Source of the DNA: a phage
Sequence record: PZ445521.1
Strand: one strand, 5' to 3'
Length of the DNA stretch: 64,000 nt
Below the pieces are notes generated by a model that was given only the letters and a program-made list of their open reading frames with translations, was not told the DNA's origin and made no database searches. Positions 28,250 to 37,618 of this stretch are shown here, piece by piece (the stretch's first letter is position 1; every line of letters starts with the position of its first letter). Made by a program: the position numbers and the translations under genes.

Positions 28250-28612
28250 TTAAAAGAATTTAAACTTTTTCTTTGACCTTTTATTAAATGCATCTTGTAG
28301 TTGCATTGTAATACATTTTTCTACATGAGGAGCTAACTCAGCTTTTCTTTCTTGGTCAAGAACAGCAAAGTCCATTACAACCTTTCCATCAACCCAATCC
28401 AGTTTTGTTACATACACTATATGTGTAGAACCATCTTCTAGTTTAATGACAATCTCCTGGATAACATTTTCCATGGCAGATTTAATTATCTTAAGAGACT
28501 CATTAAAAAGACGTTCTTTTCTTTCTTCTTCCCCCTCCGAAGAGGGGGATTCATCGATAATTTCTAGATCTAAATCTAAATCATCTTTATTCATTAAATT
28601 CTTCCATATCAC
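28250..28612 (-). CDS. gp40-like protein, 120 aa
   Basis: Position between 41 and uvsX as for T4 gene 40; start may be internal (overlaps uvsX 3-prime end). Confidence 0.55.
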   Translation of the reverse strand: MIWKNLMNKDDLDLDLEIIDESPSSEGEEERKERLFNESLKIIKSAMENVIQEIVIKLEDGSTHIVYVTKLDWVDGKVVMDFAVLDQERKAELAPHVEKCITMQLQDAFNKRSKKKFKFF

Positions 28613-29768
28613 TTAACTGTTCGAGGTCAGTTTCTAAATCAGCTGCTGATTTACTTTTACTTTCTGGAGATTTAAATTTTTCAACCTTTGAGTTAATCAA
28701 TTCATCAACTTCAGCTTCAACAATTTCATTACTATCAATAGCACCTAACTGATAAGCACGTTTAATAGCATCTCGGAATGGTTGATGCTTAAATAAAGGA
28801 CCCCAGAATGTAGTGCAGTTGGTATCTTTTGCACGCCAAGATTTTTCTTCGCGAATCATCTCGCCGGTTTCTTCATCAAGAAATTCACGAGCATACCAGC
28901 CATTTTTAGGTTTTACCACGAATCCTAATTCTAGAGCCATATCTAACAATCCAGAATAAGGATCGATACCACCGTCAAATTTAACATCAATAAAGAATTT
29001 ACTTTTTTCTTTAACGGTACGAGATTTTTCTACATTTAGAACAAATTGATACCCCTGAAGATCAGAACCATCTTTAATCTGACGCTTACCGATAATGAAT
29101 ACGGTATCAGCCGAATACATTACGCCTGTACCACCTGTCATCACGGTTTTACTAAACATTTCAATTGTTTCAATTGTATGATTAACCGCAACACATGGAA
29201 TATTTTTAATGCTAAAGTAAGGAGTAACAATACGGAATAATGACTTCAGTGATTTAGCACGAGTCATATCTGCCACAGATTTTTCATTCAAGGCATCTTC
29301 CGTTTCTTTCTTAGAAGCCATATTACCGATTGAGTCGATGAATACAATAACTTTTTCACCGCGCTCAATAGCTTCAAGCTGATTCACCATATCAATTTTC
29401 AGCTGTTCAACTGACTGGATTGGCGTATGAATTACTCGTTCCGGGTCAACTCCCATGGATCGTAAATAAGCTGGAGTAATACCAAATTCACTATCATAGA
29501 ATAGACAAACCGCGTCAGGATATTTGTTCAAATATGCCGCAACCATAGTCAAAGACATATTTGATTTAAAGTGTTTAGAAGGCCCTGCGAAAATAGTTAA
29601 ACCAGACTGCATACCGCCATCAATCGCGCCAGAAATAGCAATATTAAGCATTGGGATTTTTGTACGGATTACATCCTTTTCATTAAAGAATTTAGATGTA
29701 GTCAGTTCAGCAGTCATTTTAGAAGTGGAAGCTTTAATCAAACGGGATTTTAAATCTGCAATAGACAT
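28587..29768 (-). CDS. uvsX: UvsX recombinase (RecA-like)
   Basis: 393-aa ORF with RecA-type Walker A region (GPSKHFKS); T4 UvsX is 391 aa. Confidence 0.92.
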   Translation of the reverse strand: MSIADLKSRLIKASTSKMTAELTTSKFFNEKDVIRTKIPMLNIAISGAIDGGMQSGLTIFAGPSKHFKSNMSLTMVAAYLNKYPDAVCLFYDSEFGITPAYLRSMGVDPERVIHTPIQSVEQLKIDMVNQLEAIERGEKVIVFIDSIGNMASKKETEDALNEKSVADMTRAKSLKSLFRIVTPYFSIKNIPCVAVNHTIETIEMFSKTVMTGGTGVMYSADTVFIIGKRQIKDGSDLQGYQFVLNVEKSRTVKEKSKFFIDVKFDGGIDPYSGLLDMALELGFVVKPKNGWYAREFLDEETGEMIREEKSWRAKDTNCTTFWGPLFKHQPFRDAIKRAYQLGAIDSNEIVEAEVDELINSKVEKFKSPESKSKSAADLETDLEQLSDMEEFNE

Positions 29769-29845
29769 TCATTTTTTCCATAGGCATCATTATATTTTCC
29801 TCACTGGTTAAAGATAGAGTAATTATAACACAATAAATTTAGGCA

Positions 29846-30694
29846 TTAATCAACTGCTATTGGATGAATAGCATTAAACTTATGAAATGCTTCTGATTTT
29901 TCTTTACGTGAAACACACATGCGAAGAACCTTTAATGGCTCGTCTTCTTCACCCAACGATTTTCGTTTTTCAATATTCGATGTTTTCCAACGAGCTTGCT
30001 CTGGAAACTCTCTATTGATTTGCTCAAGCGCTCTATTATGTTTAGAATTACTACGAATTGAACTGCACCCGCCAGGAGCTTGTGCTTTTCCAGATACAAC
30101 CAGATATTTGAACAAGGCCAAATGCGGATAACCTTGATTAATTAAATTGAGAAATGCATACATATCTTCGCACAAATCAATTTTTCCATACCCAATTTGT
30201 TCTGTCGTAAGTTTTCCAAGGTCATACCATGTATTCGTGAATCCATATGAATTTTCACGATAATTACCCCAAGATGAAGTAATTTTAAAAATTGGTAGAC
30301 GAGCATGGCCATGATAATACCCGCAATCCATGGCATCTTCGACGTATTGAATCAATTCATAGAACTGTTCACGGGTTAATTGATTGACTTTATCTACACA
30401 ACGACGGTCATCTCTTTTTCGCATTGAACTCATACGAATAGTAGTATCATCGTCAATCATCCAGATTCGTTGACCTGCATACATATCAGTAATTGCTTTA
30501 CGAGTACCAGCAATTCCATTTACATCGTCAGGAATAGTTATAATTTTAGCTCTAGACCCATAGGCATCATAATAAGCTTTTTCTTCATGTTCACGCACTA
30601 CAATATGGGGTTCATAATTAGTCGGAAACATATCAAGGGCAGAAACTGCCCCGACACGCTGATAACTTGGAATTACGAATTGAATCATTTCCAC
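29846..30694 (-). CDS. GT-A/GT2-like glycosyltransferase (DxD), 282 aa, in the beta-gt slot
   Basis: N-terminal FVIPSYQR strand and IWMIDDDTT DxD motif; sits between uvsX and 42 where T4 has the 351-aa beta-gt. Confidence 0.6.
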   Translation of the reverse strand: MEMIQFVIPSYQRVGAVSALDMFPTNYEPHIVVREHEEKAYYDAYGSRAKIITIPDDVNGIAGTRKAITDMYAGQRIWMIDDDTTIRMSSMRKRDDRRCVDKVNQLTREQFYELIQYVEDAMDCGYYHGHARLPIFKITSSWGNYRENSYGFTNTWYDLGKLTTEQIGYGKIDLCEDMYAFLNLINQGYPHLALFKYLVVSGKAQAPGGCSSIRSNSKHNRALEQINREFPEQARWKTSNIEKRKSLGEEDEPLKVLRMCVSRKEKSEAFHKFNAIHPIAVD

Positions 30695-31425
30695 TCACCT
30701 TTATAGTCTTTTTTCACAATATGAGTTTCGCCAGTATTCCACCAATGATCAACCAAGTAAAAATGACGAGAATATACATGAAGACTTCCAACATTCCATA
30801 TAATAGAACCTGCTTTATACTGACGAGTTGAATCGCCTGCATTCAAATCAGATACTAATTTATCTAATACGTATTTTTGCCATGCATAATCATTACGGAA
30901 TCCGAAGACCACGTCATTTGAGCGCATGCTTACTACTGCATTGACTTTCTTATCACGAATCAGGTACTGTACTGTATTAGTACACATGAAATCTGACATA
31001 CCATCTTTATTGTAGTCAAATTGCATGGATGGACGAGTATAAATCATGATACCACGCCGAGAATCAGGATTTTGACCAAGTTCAGCTAAACACATATCAT
31101 ACTGGGCATAGTTATCTTCTGACCAAATAGCCCAACCATAATTCGAGTTAATTTCGCCTTTAGAAGATGCTACCTGCTGCCAAATCTTTGGTGTTTCACC
31201 TGGAATATCTTTAACAAACAAGCTCTTAGATTTATACCATTCAAGTTCGCGCTGAATGTATTCATCATTAAGAGCACCAAAAATAAACGGTTCATCTGCT
31301 ACAAATGATGCGCCAATAATTTCAATAGTTTTAACACCAGTTTTATCAACTACGAAATCTTTTTCTTTTAATGCAAGCCCCAAATGAAGACGGATTTCTT
31401 CAACTGTCATAGAGTCACTAATCAT
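30685..31425 (-). CDS. 42: dCMP hydroxymethylase gp42
   Basis: 246-aa ORF, same length as T4 gp42; thymidylate-synthase-like sequence. Confidence 0.92.
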   Translation of the reverse strand: MISDSMTVEEIRLHLGLALKEKDFVVDKTGVKTIEIIGASFVADEPFIFGALNDEYIQRELEWYKSKSLFVKDIPGETPKIWQQVASSKGEINSNYGWAIWSEDNYAQYDMCLAELGQNPDSRRGIMIYTRPSMQFDYNKDGMSDFMCTNTVQYLIRDKKVNAVVSMRSNDVVFGFRNDYAWQKYVLDKLVSDLNAGDSTRQYKAGSIIWNVGSLHVYSRHFYLVDHWWNTGETHIVKKDYKGEWK

Positions 31426-31432
31426 TTAAACC

Positions 31433-31582
31433 TCAATTGATACATTCATATTTAACTTGTAACAGTAATAAACCCCAACCTAAAATAATAGTTGGAATCA
31501 TAAGAGGAACCGTTACACTATAGTATATACTTATTATAATCATCAAGATTAAAAGCAACACTGTTATAATTTTGCTTTTCAT
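31433..31582 (-). CDS. small membrane protein, 49 aa
   Basis: Read from DNA: MKSKIITVLLLILMIIISIYYSVTVPLMIPTIILGWGLLLLQVKYECIN; ATGA overlap with imm stop. Confidence 0.4.
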   Translation of the reverse strand: MKSKIITVLLLILMIIISIYYSVTVPLMIPTIILGWGLLLLQVKYECIN

Positions 31583-31830
31583 TCCTTATCTCTGATGATA
31601 ATTACCTGATTTGGTTGTGCAGACTTTTTAGTTTCACCCGCAATTGACCAAATAAATGTAATAAACCAACCAATAATTGACCAGTTAAACAGTAAAGATG
31701 TGAAAAAGATTCCTACTGTCGATTTTGACCCACGCATCAAAGCAATAAACCATGGAAGCATGTATATAATAATAGCCAACACACCTGAAACTAAAACCAT
31801 AAAAATTGAACCTGCTACTAAAGTTTCCAT
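31579..31830 (-). CDS. imm: Imm superinfection immunity membrane protein
   Basis: 83-aa membrane ORF, same length as T4 Imm; synteny between 42 and 43. Confidence 0.8.
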   Translation of the reverse strand: METLVAGSIFMVLVSGVLAIIIYMLPWFIALMRGSKSTVGIFFTSLLFNWSIIGWFITFIWSIAGETKKSAQPNQVIIIRDKE

Positions 31831-31837
31831 ATTTTCC

Positions 31838-32218
31838 TCACTTAGTCAAATTTTTTACGCATGAATTATAAGAATTCACTACATACTCCATCGGAGCATT
31901 TTTACCAGTACGCCATTGGTAATTATTGGCCCAATTAGCCCAAAGCTCGGCGCAGTAGTTTTCAATTTTTTCTTCGCGTGTAATTACATCCGAATTACGA
32001 TATGCTTGAGCAGATTCATCTGGACGAATAGCTTCGTCAAAATTCGCCTGCATTTGTTCGACTGTTTGCTTTGGAGCTTCTTTATAACACTTGACATTAG
32101 GATTATAAAATTTGCTTGAACAGTTTACAATTTTTCCTGCATCAGACTGATTTACTACCGGTCCTTGAGCTACACAACCAGTAAGACCTAATGCAATAAC
32201 CAAAATAGCGATTTTCAT
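31838..32218 (-). CDS. putative lipoprotein, 126 aa (imm.1-like position)
   Basis: Signal peptide with lipobox LTGC. Confidence 0.55.
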   Translation of the reverse strand: MKIAILVIALGLTGCVAQGPVVNQSDAGKIVNCSSKFYNPNVKCYKEAPKQTVEQMQANFDEAIRPDESAQAYRNSDVITREEKIENYCAELWANWANNYQWRTGKNAPMEYVVNSYNSCVKNLTK

Positions 32219-32228
32219 AATAATTTCC

Positions 32229-32465
32229 TCAAATGCAAGTAGTAATTACTCCAGTAGTGCTTATGCAGGTATTACCCATTTGCACACCTAAAGATCCATT
32301 TGTATTCACATGAAGATTATCATCAATTTTAACTGATATTTTACCATTAGTGTGAATAACAGTGCTAGATTCAATCACAGGTTGAGTATCATTTTCAACA
32401 CTAACAAATGGAACTGCTGCTAATGCAACTAAACAAACTGCTAAGCATCCCATAACAATTTTCAT
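32229..32465 (-). CDS. secreted small protein, 78 aa
   Basis: Track ORF 32229-32522 trimmed to MKIVMGCLAVCLVALAAVPF (GGAGAATAAA Shine-Dalgarno); signal peptide. Confidence 0.5.
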   Translation of the reverse strand: MKIVMGCLAVCLVALAAVPFVSVENDTQPVIESSTVIHTNGKISVKIDDNLHVNTNGSLGVQMGNTCISTTGVITTCI

Positions 32466-32494
32466 TTTATTCTCCAAATCCGTATCAGTAGTTG

Positions 32495-32533
32495 ATAGTT
32501 GTATAGTACCATGGAAGAACATTCTTGTAAACA
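32495..32533 (-). promoter_or_regulatory. early promoter cassette
   Basis: tgtaaa 32525-32530, atagta 32502-32507, 17-bp spacer; conserved leader and Shine-Dalgarno. Confidence 0.6.
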
Positions 32534-32613
32534 GTTTTGTGAAAATTTTTTAGGGAATTCTAAATGTCCAGAATCATCTGTTTTTCATAAGTATAGATTT
32601 ATATTACTTGTAT

Positions 32614-32635
32614 GAAAAAGGGACCCGGAGGTCCC
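32614..32635 (-). terminator. terminator hairpin downstream of gene 43
   Basis: Stem gggacc cgga ggtccc at 32620-32635 plus U-tract. Confidence 0.55.
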
Positions 32636-32648
32636 TAGATTTATTCTA

Positions 32649-35345
32649 TCAGCCAAACAGGAAGTCTAACGAAGCTTTTTCTTCATAGTCCATACCAGCC
32701 GATTCACACATGCCCGCAAGCGGTTTAACAAACGATTTTTGGAACAAAGTTGAGTAGTCAATCCAAGACAGTACGTCAGAACGAATTTCTTTTGGAAGTT
32801 CTGTACCCGACGGCCAAGCAATGCATTTGTCACCAAATGGATTTCCTTCACGCAATGGAAGAACCATTACTTTATTTCCATCCAAAATTGGAGCTACACC
32901 TAAACCGCTAACAGCTCGACGATAAGTTAGCACACCACGAATATGGAACGGACATTTAAATCCTGGCCAACCTTTATCATCATATTTCGCTATATCGTTC
33001 GCAGTTTTTACTTCAGCAATAACTTTATAGTCAAGTTGACGATATTCTTTCTCGAAGTTCTTGTAATATTCTTGGACAGACTCTTCACCTTCCTGAAGAA
33101 TACGACGAATACTTTCTTCGAGAGCTTCTTGGACCGCTTTAGGCGTTGAACTTTGCTGAGTTTCCATACCCATGATTTTTAGATGCGGTTCAGCAAATCG
33201 CTTATCTTCCATATCATAAACGTTCAGAGCATAACGCTTTTTCGCTTTCCAAAATCCACCAACGCCCTTTGAACCAAGTGGAGGGCAAGAAATAGCTTCA
33301 CGGTCCATATGCATCAGATGCTCGCGGTTATTCATATAATCACATAACTCACGATATGCAACATCAATCATAGGTTCCATCTTTTTCTTACCGAACTGAT
33401 TCATGAATTCAACTAAATCGTTCTGCTCTTTGAATCGGTCAAGACCAACTTTTTCAATAACTTTATCTACACAAACATATACCGAATCAGTATCACCTGC
33501 TGCGATGAAATCTTCGCCATTAGTTCCGCATACTTTATTCAGATATTCATTAATTTTACGAGCAATCCACTGAATACCAACTTGGCCGAAAATTGTGATA
33601 GCAGTAGCATTTCGCAAATCATAGTAACGGAAATGAATATTACCAAGAGCACCGTAAAGGCTGTTAATAAGAATTTTACGGTTCAGCTGATTTGTATTAG
33701 CAAGTGTAGCAGCTTTTTCACATTCTTCAATCAGACTATTGAGAACAGATTCAGTATAATTCGATAGTTCATTTAAGAAATCATCACTGAACTTAACATA
33801 TCGTTCAACTTCAGGTTTAGTTGAACAAGACCCTGCGCCTTTCATAATAATCTTTTTAATAGCTTCGGCATTCATTTCTTCAGCGAACATTTTCTTTTTC
33901 CAATCTTTACGCTGGAAAAATACTTTAGCGATTTCCTTTGGAATGATACCTTCTTGATGCTTATCATACATCCATCCATTCGGAGAACAAGAATATTCAT
34001 CACTCGGTTTAGGAGCTGTTCCTGCGATATATTCATGAATTGGATGAACTTTAAACTGACCACGAATAGTCTCAGGACTAATGTTAACCTGACGAATAAT
34101 GCTCGGATACAGAGACGTCAAGTCAAAACTCATAATATATCGACGAGCAATTGGTTTAGGTTCAAATACGAATGCACCCGGAAAACTCTGTTTAACGTGC
34201 GAACCTTGTTGAGGAATAACCTTATGTTCACCTTTCAATGAGTTAAAAATAATAGCATCCCAGGTTTTAATAGGACTCATTACACCAGAAAAAGGCATTT
34301 TAGCGTAATAAGACATACTTAAAACTAGATCGATAAACCCGCGAATTTTATCAATTGCTTGAACTGATTCTACGTCAATGATGTTATAACTAATGTATCG
34401 TTGATGATTAGTCTCACGAAGTTTATTAATAGGACCGTCGTATGGTAATTTACCTTTTTTGGTTTCATGTTGAGCAACTGATTCCAAAGAGAATGACGGC
34501 AAATTAGTAAAAGCGAATTTCTTGTACAAATCTAAATAATCAAGAATAGATACGCCATCAATAGAATAAATTTCTTTGCTACCGTACATATTTTGAATTA
34601 GTTTAGATTTTACCCGACCGATTGGAGAGAAACGTTTCATACTGCGTTCACCGAGAACCATTTTAACGCGATTCATGATATATGGAACGTCAAACCCCTC
34701 AATATTCCAACCAGTAAAAATAGCAGGTCGTTTCTGTTCCCAGAGATTGATATATTCCATGAGCATATCACGCTCATTATCGAATGGCATATAAATTACT
34801 CGGTCAAGAATTTCTTGAGGAACTTCATCACCACCTTCGCAGTCAAGCTTAGCAGCTAACTTTGCATCCCATTTTGATACTGAACCGTACATTGAATTCA
34901 AAAGGTCGAAAACATAAAAACGATCATCAATTGAATCGTAATGAGTGATAACATCAATTTCATATTCAGCTTTCATTGGGTCAGGAAATTTATCACCAGT
35001 AACCTCAATGTCACAGTTAGCTACACGAACAAATTTTCGGTCATAAACAATTTCTGAACCGTATGTATCACTGATATAAGCGAGTTTAAAATCGTTCATA
35101 CCGAGAGCTTCGAGACCGATGTCTTCCATTCGCTTCATCCAATCTCGAGCATCTTTCATTGATGGAAATTTTTGAGGAGCGCAATTTTTACCATAAATGT
35201 CTTTGTATTTTGACTCTTCCTTACAATGCCTAAACATAGTCGGAAGATATTCTACTTCACGAGTACGTTCCTTTCCGTTTTCATCAATATAACGTTCAAC
35301 AATGTTATTTCCGACTGTTTCGATAGAGATATAAAATTCTTTCAT
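32649..35345 (-). CDS. 43: DNA polymerase gp43 (family B)
   Basis: 898-aa ORF, same length as T4 gp43; N-terminal sequence recognised. Confidence 0.95.
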   Translation of the reverse strand: MKEFYISIETVGNNIVERYIDENGKERTREVEYLPTMFRHCKEESKYKDIYGKNCAPQKFPSMKDARDWMKRMEDIGLEALGMNDFKLAYISDTYGSEIVYDRKFVRVANCDIEVTGDKFPDPMKAEYEIDVITHYDSIDDRFYVFDLLNSMYGSVSKWDAKLAAKLDCEGGDEVPQEILDRVIYMPFDNERDMLMEYINLWEQKRPAIFTGWNIEGFDVPYIMNRVKMVLGERSMKRFSPIGRVKSKLIQNMYGSKEIYSIDGVSILDYLDLYKKFAFTNLPSFSLESVAQHETKKGKLPYDGPINKLRETNHQRYISYNIIDVESVQAIDKIRGFIDLVLSMSYYAKMPFSGVMSPIKTWDAIIFNSLKGEHKVIPQQGSHVKQSFPGAFVFEPKPIARRYIMSFDLTSLYPSIIRQVNISPETIRGQFKVHPIHEYIAGTAPKPSDEYSCSPNGWMYDKHQEGIIPKEIAKVFFQRKDWKKKMFAEEMNAEAIKKIIMKGAGSCSTKPEVERYVKFSDDFLNELSNYTESVLNSLIEECEKAATLANTNQLNRKILINSLYGALGNIHFRYYDLRNATAITIFGQVGIQWIARKINEYLNKVCGTNGEDFIAAGDTDSVYVCVDKVIEKVGLDRFKEQNDLVEFMNQFGKKKMEPMIDVAYRELCDYMNNREHLMHMDREAISCPPLGSKGVGGFWKAKKRYALNVYDMEDKRFAEPHLKIMGMETQQSSTPKAVQEALEESIRRILQEGEESVQEYYKNFEKEYRQLDYKVIAEVKTANDIAKYDDKGWPGFKCPFHIRGVLTYRRAVSGLGVAPILDGNKVMVLPLREGNPFGDKCIAWPSGTELPKEIRSDVLSWIDYSTLFQKSFVKPLAGMCESAGMDYEEKASLDFLFG

Positions 35346-35363
35346 AGATATTCCTTAGTTTAT

Positions 35364-35382
35364 AGCCCGAGTTATTAGGCTC
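35364..35382 (-). promoter_or_regulatory. gene 43 translational operator hairpin
   Basis: Transcript reads GAGCC UAAUAACUC GGGCU just 5-prime of UAAGGA and the AUG; loop matches the classical T4 gp43 operator loop AAUAACUC. Confidence 0.6.
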
Positions 35383-35405
35383 TTGATATATTATACTCCA
35401 AATAA

Positions 35406-35419
35406 GGGGCCGAAGCCCC
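35406..35419 (-). terminator. tetraloop hairpin
   Basis: ggggc cgaa gcccc at 35406-35419, U-rich 3-prime side. Confidence 0.45.
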
Positions 35420-35425
35420 TTTGCT

Positions 35426-35662
35426 TTAAATTTCTATTGTACGACGCGATATAACGGACTTGCCATCTGTATTTGTGGTTTTGATAATCGCATGAAATGC
35501 GCGTTGGCGTGGGTAAACTAATCGTTGGAATTCTTTTTGGAATTCTATTTGTTTATCTTCCGGGAGGTCAAAAACCAGTTGGGTAGAAGACAGACCATAT
35601 GTTTGTTTTAGATTTTCGAATATTAGAAAAGCTTCGGTAAACTGAATCTCTGATTGTGTCAT
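35426..35662 (-). CDS. hypothetical protein, 78 aa, between regA and 43
   Basis: Track ORF 35426-35713 trimmed to MTQSEIQF (TAAGGT Shine-Dalgarno, start 11 nt after regA stop). Confidence 0.45.
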   Translation of the reverse strand: MTQSEIQFTEAFLIFENLKQTYGLSSTQLVFDLPEDKQIEFQKEFQRLVYPRQRAFHAIIKTTNTDGKSVISRRTIEI

Positions 35663-35672
35663 ATAATTTACC

Positions 35673-36041
35673 TTAATTACCAATCGTATATTTAGGAACG
35701 AGTTTCCATTCATGTTTTTGCTTAAAAGAAATAACTCGGAAGTTATTAGTTAAATCTTTCATAAAAGTTCTTTGACCAGGAACGATTTCAATCAGTCCCC
35801 AATCTTCTAACAACCATGCTATTGAATCACGACGAACTTCATCTTCTTCTGTCATTTCAACTTGGCGACCATCCATACGAAGCATTTCTTTAAAATGAAC
35901 GATATAGTATAGTCCTTTTTTCTGAAGAATATGACAGGACTGATACAGAACTTTATCTTTATTATTAGCAATTCCCATACGAGTCAAAGTTTCTTTTACT
36001 TTCAGAAAATCTTCAGGTTTTTTAAGAGTAATTTCAATCAT
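35673..36041 (-). CDS. regA: RegA translational repressor
   Basis: 122-aa ORF recognised as T4 RegA. Confidence 0.9.
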   Translation of the reverse strand: MIEITLKKPEDFLKVKETLTRMGIANNKDKVLYQSCHILQKKGLYYIVHFKEMLRMDGRQVEMTEEDEVRRDSIAWLLEDWGLIEIVPGQRTFMKDLTNNFRVISFKQKHEWKLVPKYTIGN

Positions 36042-36042
36042 T

Positions 36043-36606
36043 TTACCATTCCAATGCTAGTTTTTTGAGTTGTTTCTGTTCTTTTACGTTCTTAGTCACT
36101 TCTTTCAAAAAATCATCCGTGACTAATCCTTTAAGTTCTTTTAATACTAAAGGAAGTTTTCCATTTTTAGTAAGAATTGATTTATAGTTAATTGCATCAT
36201 TTGTATTAACTTGATACCGCTTAGCAAGTAACTTAATAATCAATACTTCGGTGGAATCTTCAACTAGTTTTGCCCATTTACCATATCTTTTACCACGAGG
36301 AACTGCAGCCATTAGATAATTAAAATGAGCTTCATCACTTAAGCCTGATCCAATTAAATTCATAGCATATACAGCTGGCATGCACTCTGGAAATTGTGAT
36401 AATGCATTTTCGACCATGAATTTTGAATAATCTTTTTGAGCAATTGAGCATTTAGTTTTATTATTGATAGCTCCAATTATTTCAAAAAATTCATTTTCAG
36501 CTTTTTCTTTAAAAGAATCAGCAGCGGATTGGACAGCTGTCCAATCTTTTGAATACCAAGCAATTTGATGCTCGTTTAATTGAATATCATCTTCAAATAA
36601 GCTCAT
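36043..36606 (-). CDS. 62: clamp loader small subunit gp62
   Basis: 187-aa ORF, same length as T4 gp62; synteny. Confidence 0.9.
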   Translation of the reverse strand: MSLFEDDIQLNEHQIAWYSKDWTAVQSAADSFKEKAENEFFEIIGAINNKTKCSIAQKDYSKFMVENALSQFPECMPAVYAMNLIGSGLSDEAHFNYLMAAVPRGKRYGKWAKLVEDSTEVLIIKLLAKRYQVNTNDAINYKSILTKNGKLPLVLKELKGLVTDDFLKEVTKNVKEQKQLKKLALEW

Positions 36607-36607
36607 A

Positions 36608-37567
36608 TCACTTCCACTGCATTTCGCATGCTAATTGAATGAAAAGATAAGCTAAATGCAATTCAGTATTAGCTGCAATACCATGATACTGATTATTTTC
36701 GCCGACAATTTCGTACATACGAATAATACTTTGTGGAGTTACACGTGAATAGATTTCTTCGGCAAGTTTACCCACGAACCACGAATAATCGGCTGCATAT
36801 TTTGGTGCTAAAGCTCTGAGTTGTTTAACATCTTTATTTTTGAGAGACTCAAGAACATCATCAATAGCACCACGATCGTTAGTAACCAGTGATAAAATAC
36901 CAGCATCCAAAACACCTTTAGATGAATAACTATCGAGCTCGCCAATAGTTTTACGAAAATCAGGAAAATTCTTTTTAACCAAAGCTGCCACAACTTTCAT
37001 ATCAGCTATAGCAATACCTTCATGTTTACAGATTTCAGTCAATCGACGAATCATCTGCTTCATCATTTCAATTTTATCTTCATCGGTCGGTTGACCGAAC
37101 GTAATAACTCGGCAGCGTGACTGAAGTGGTTTAATAATACCATCAATATTGTTAGCAGTAATAATAATACTACAGTTTGAACTATAAGCTTCCATAAAGG
37201 AACGAAGATGTCGCTGAGATTCTGCTAAACCTGAACGGTCAAATTCATCAATAACGATTACTTTTTGACGACCATCAAATGAAGCGGCGCTGGCAAAATT
37301 AGTCAAAGGACCACGAACGAAATCAATTTTACAGTCTGATCCATTCACAAACATCATATCAGCATTTACATCATGACACAATGCTTTTGCTACAGTTGTT
37401 TTACCTGTTCCTGGAGAAGGAGAATGAAGAATAATATGTGGAATCTTACCTTTACTTGTAATAGATTTAAAGGTTTCTTTATCAAAGGCGGGAAGAATAC
37501 ATTCATCGATAGTAGATGGACGATATTTCTGTTCAAGAATGTGTTCTTTTTCATTTACGGTAATCAT
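36608..37567 (-). CDS. 44: clamp loader ATPase gp44 (AAA+)
   Basis: Track ORF 36608-37582 trimmed to MITVNEKEH (GAGGAAATT Shine-Dalgarno), 319 aa as in T4; Walker [11 protein letters not shown]. Confidence 0.9.
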
Positions 37568-37602
37568 AATTTCCTCATTCAAGTTTTAGTGTAAATTATA
37601 AA

Positions 37603-37614
37603 GGGCCGAAGCCC
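37603..37614 (-). terminator. tetraloop hairpin between genes 45 and 44
   Basis: gggccgaagccc at 37603-37614. Confidence 0.45.
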
Positions 37615-37618
37615 TCTA

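Noticed and set aside
28531-28548. GC-rich hairpin ccccctc cgaa gaggggg that resembles the intergenic tetraloop hairpins
   Set aside because: It lies inside the gp40-like coding sequence (an acidic SEGEEE stretch) with no U-tract; probably a coding coincidence rather than a terminator.
32229-32522. Recurrent N-terminal peptide GTIQLSTT(D/E)... in several track ORFs (also 4762-5010, 5119-5484, 57323-57910, 62935-63168), which looked like a conserved protein domain
   Set aside because: It is the translation of the conserved early promoter/leader (GTGGTACTATACAACTATCAACTAC) in frame with the downstream gene; true starts are the internal Met after the GGAG Shine-Dalgarno.
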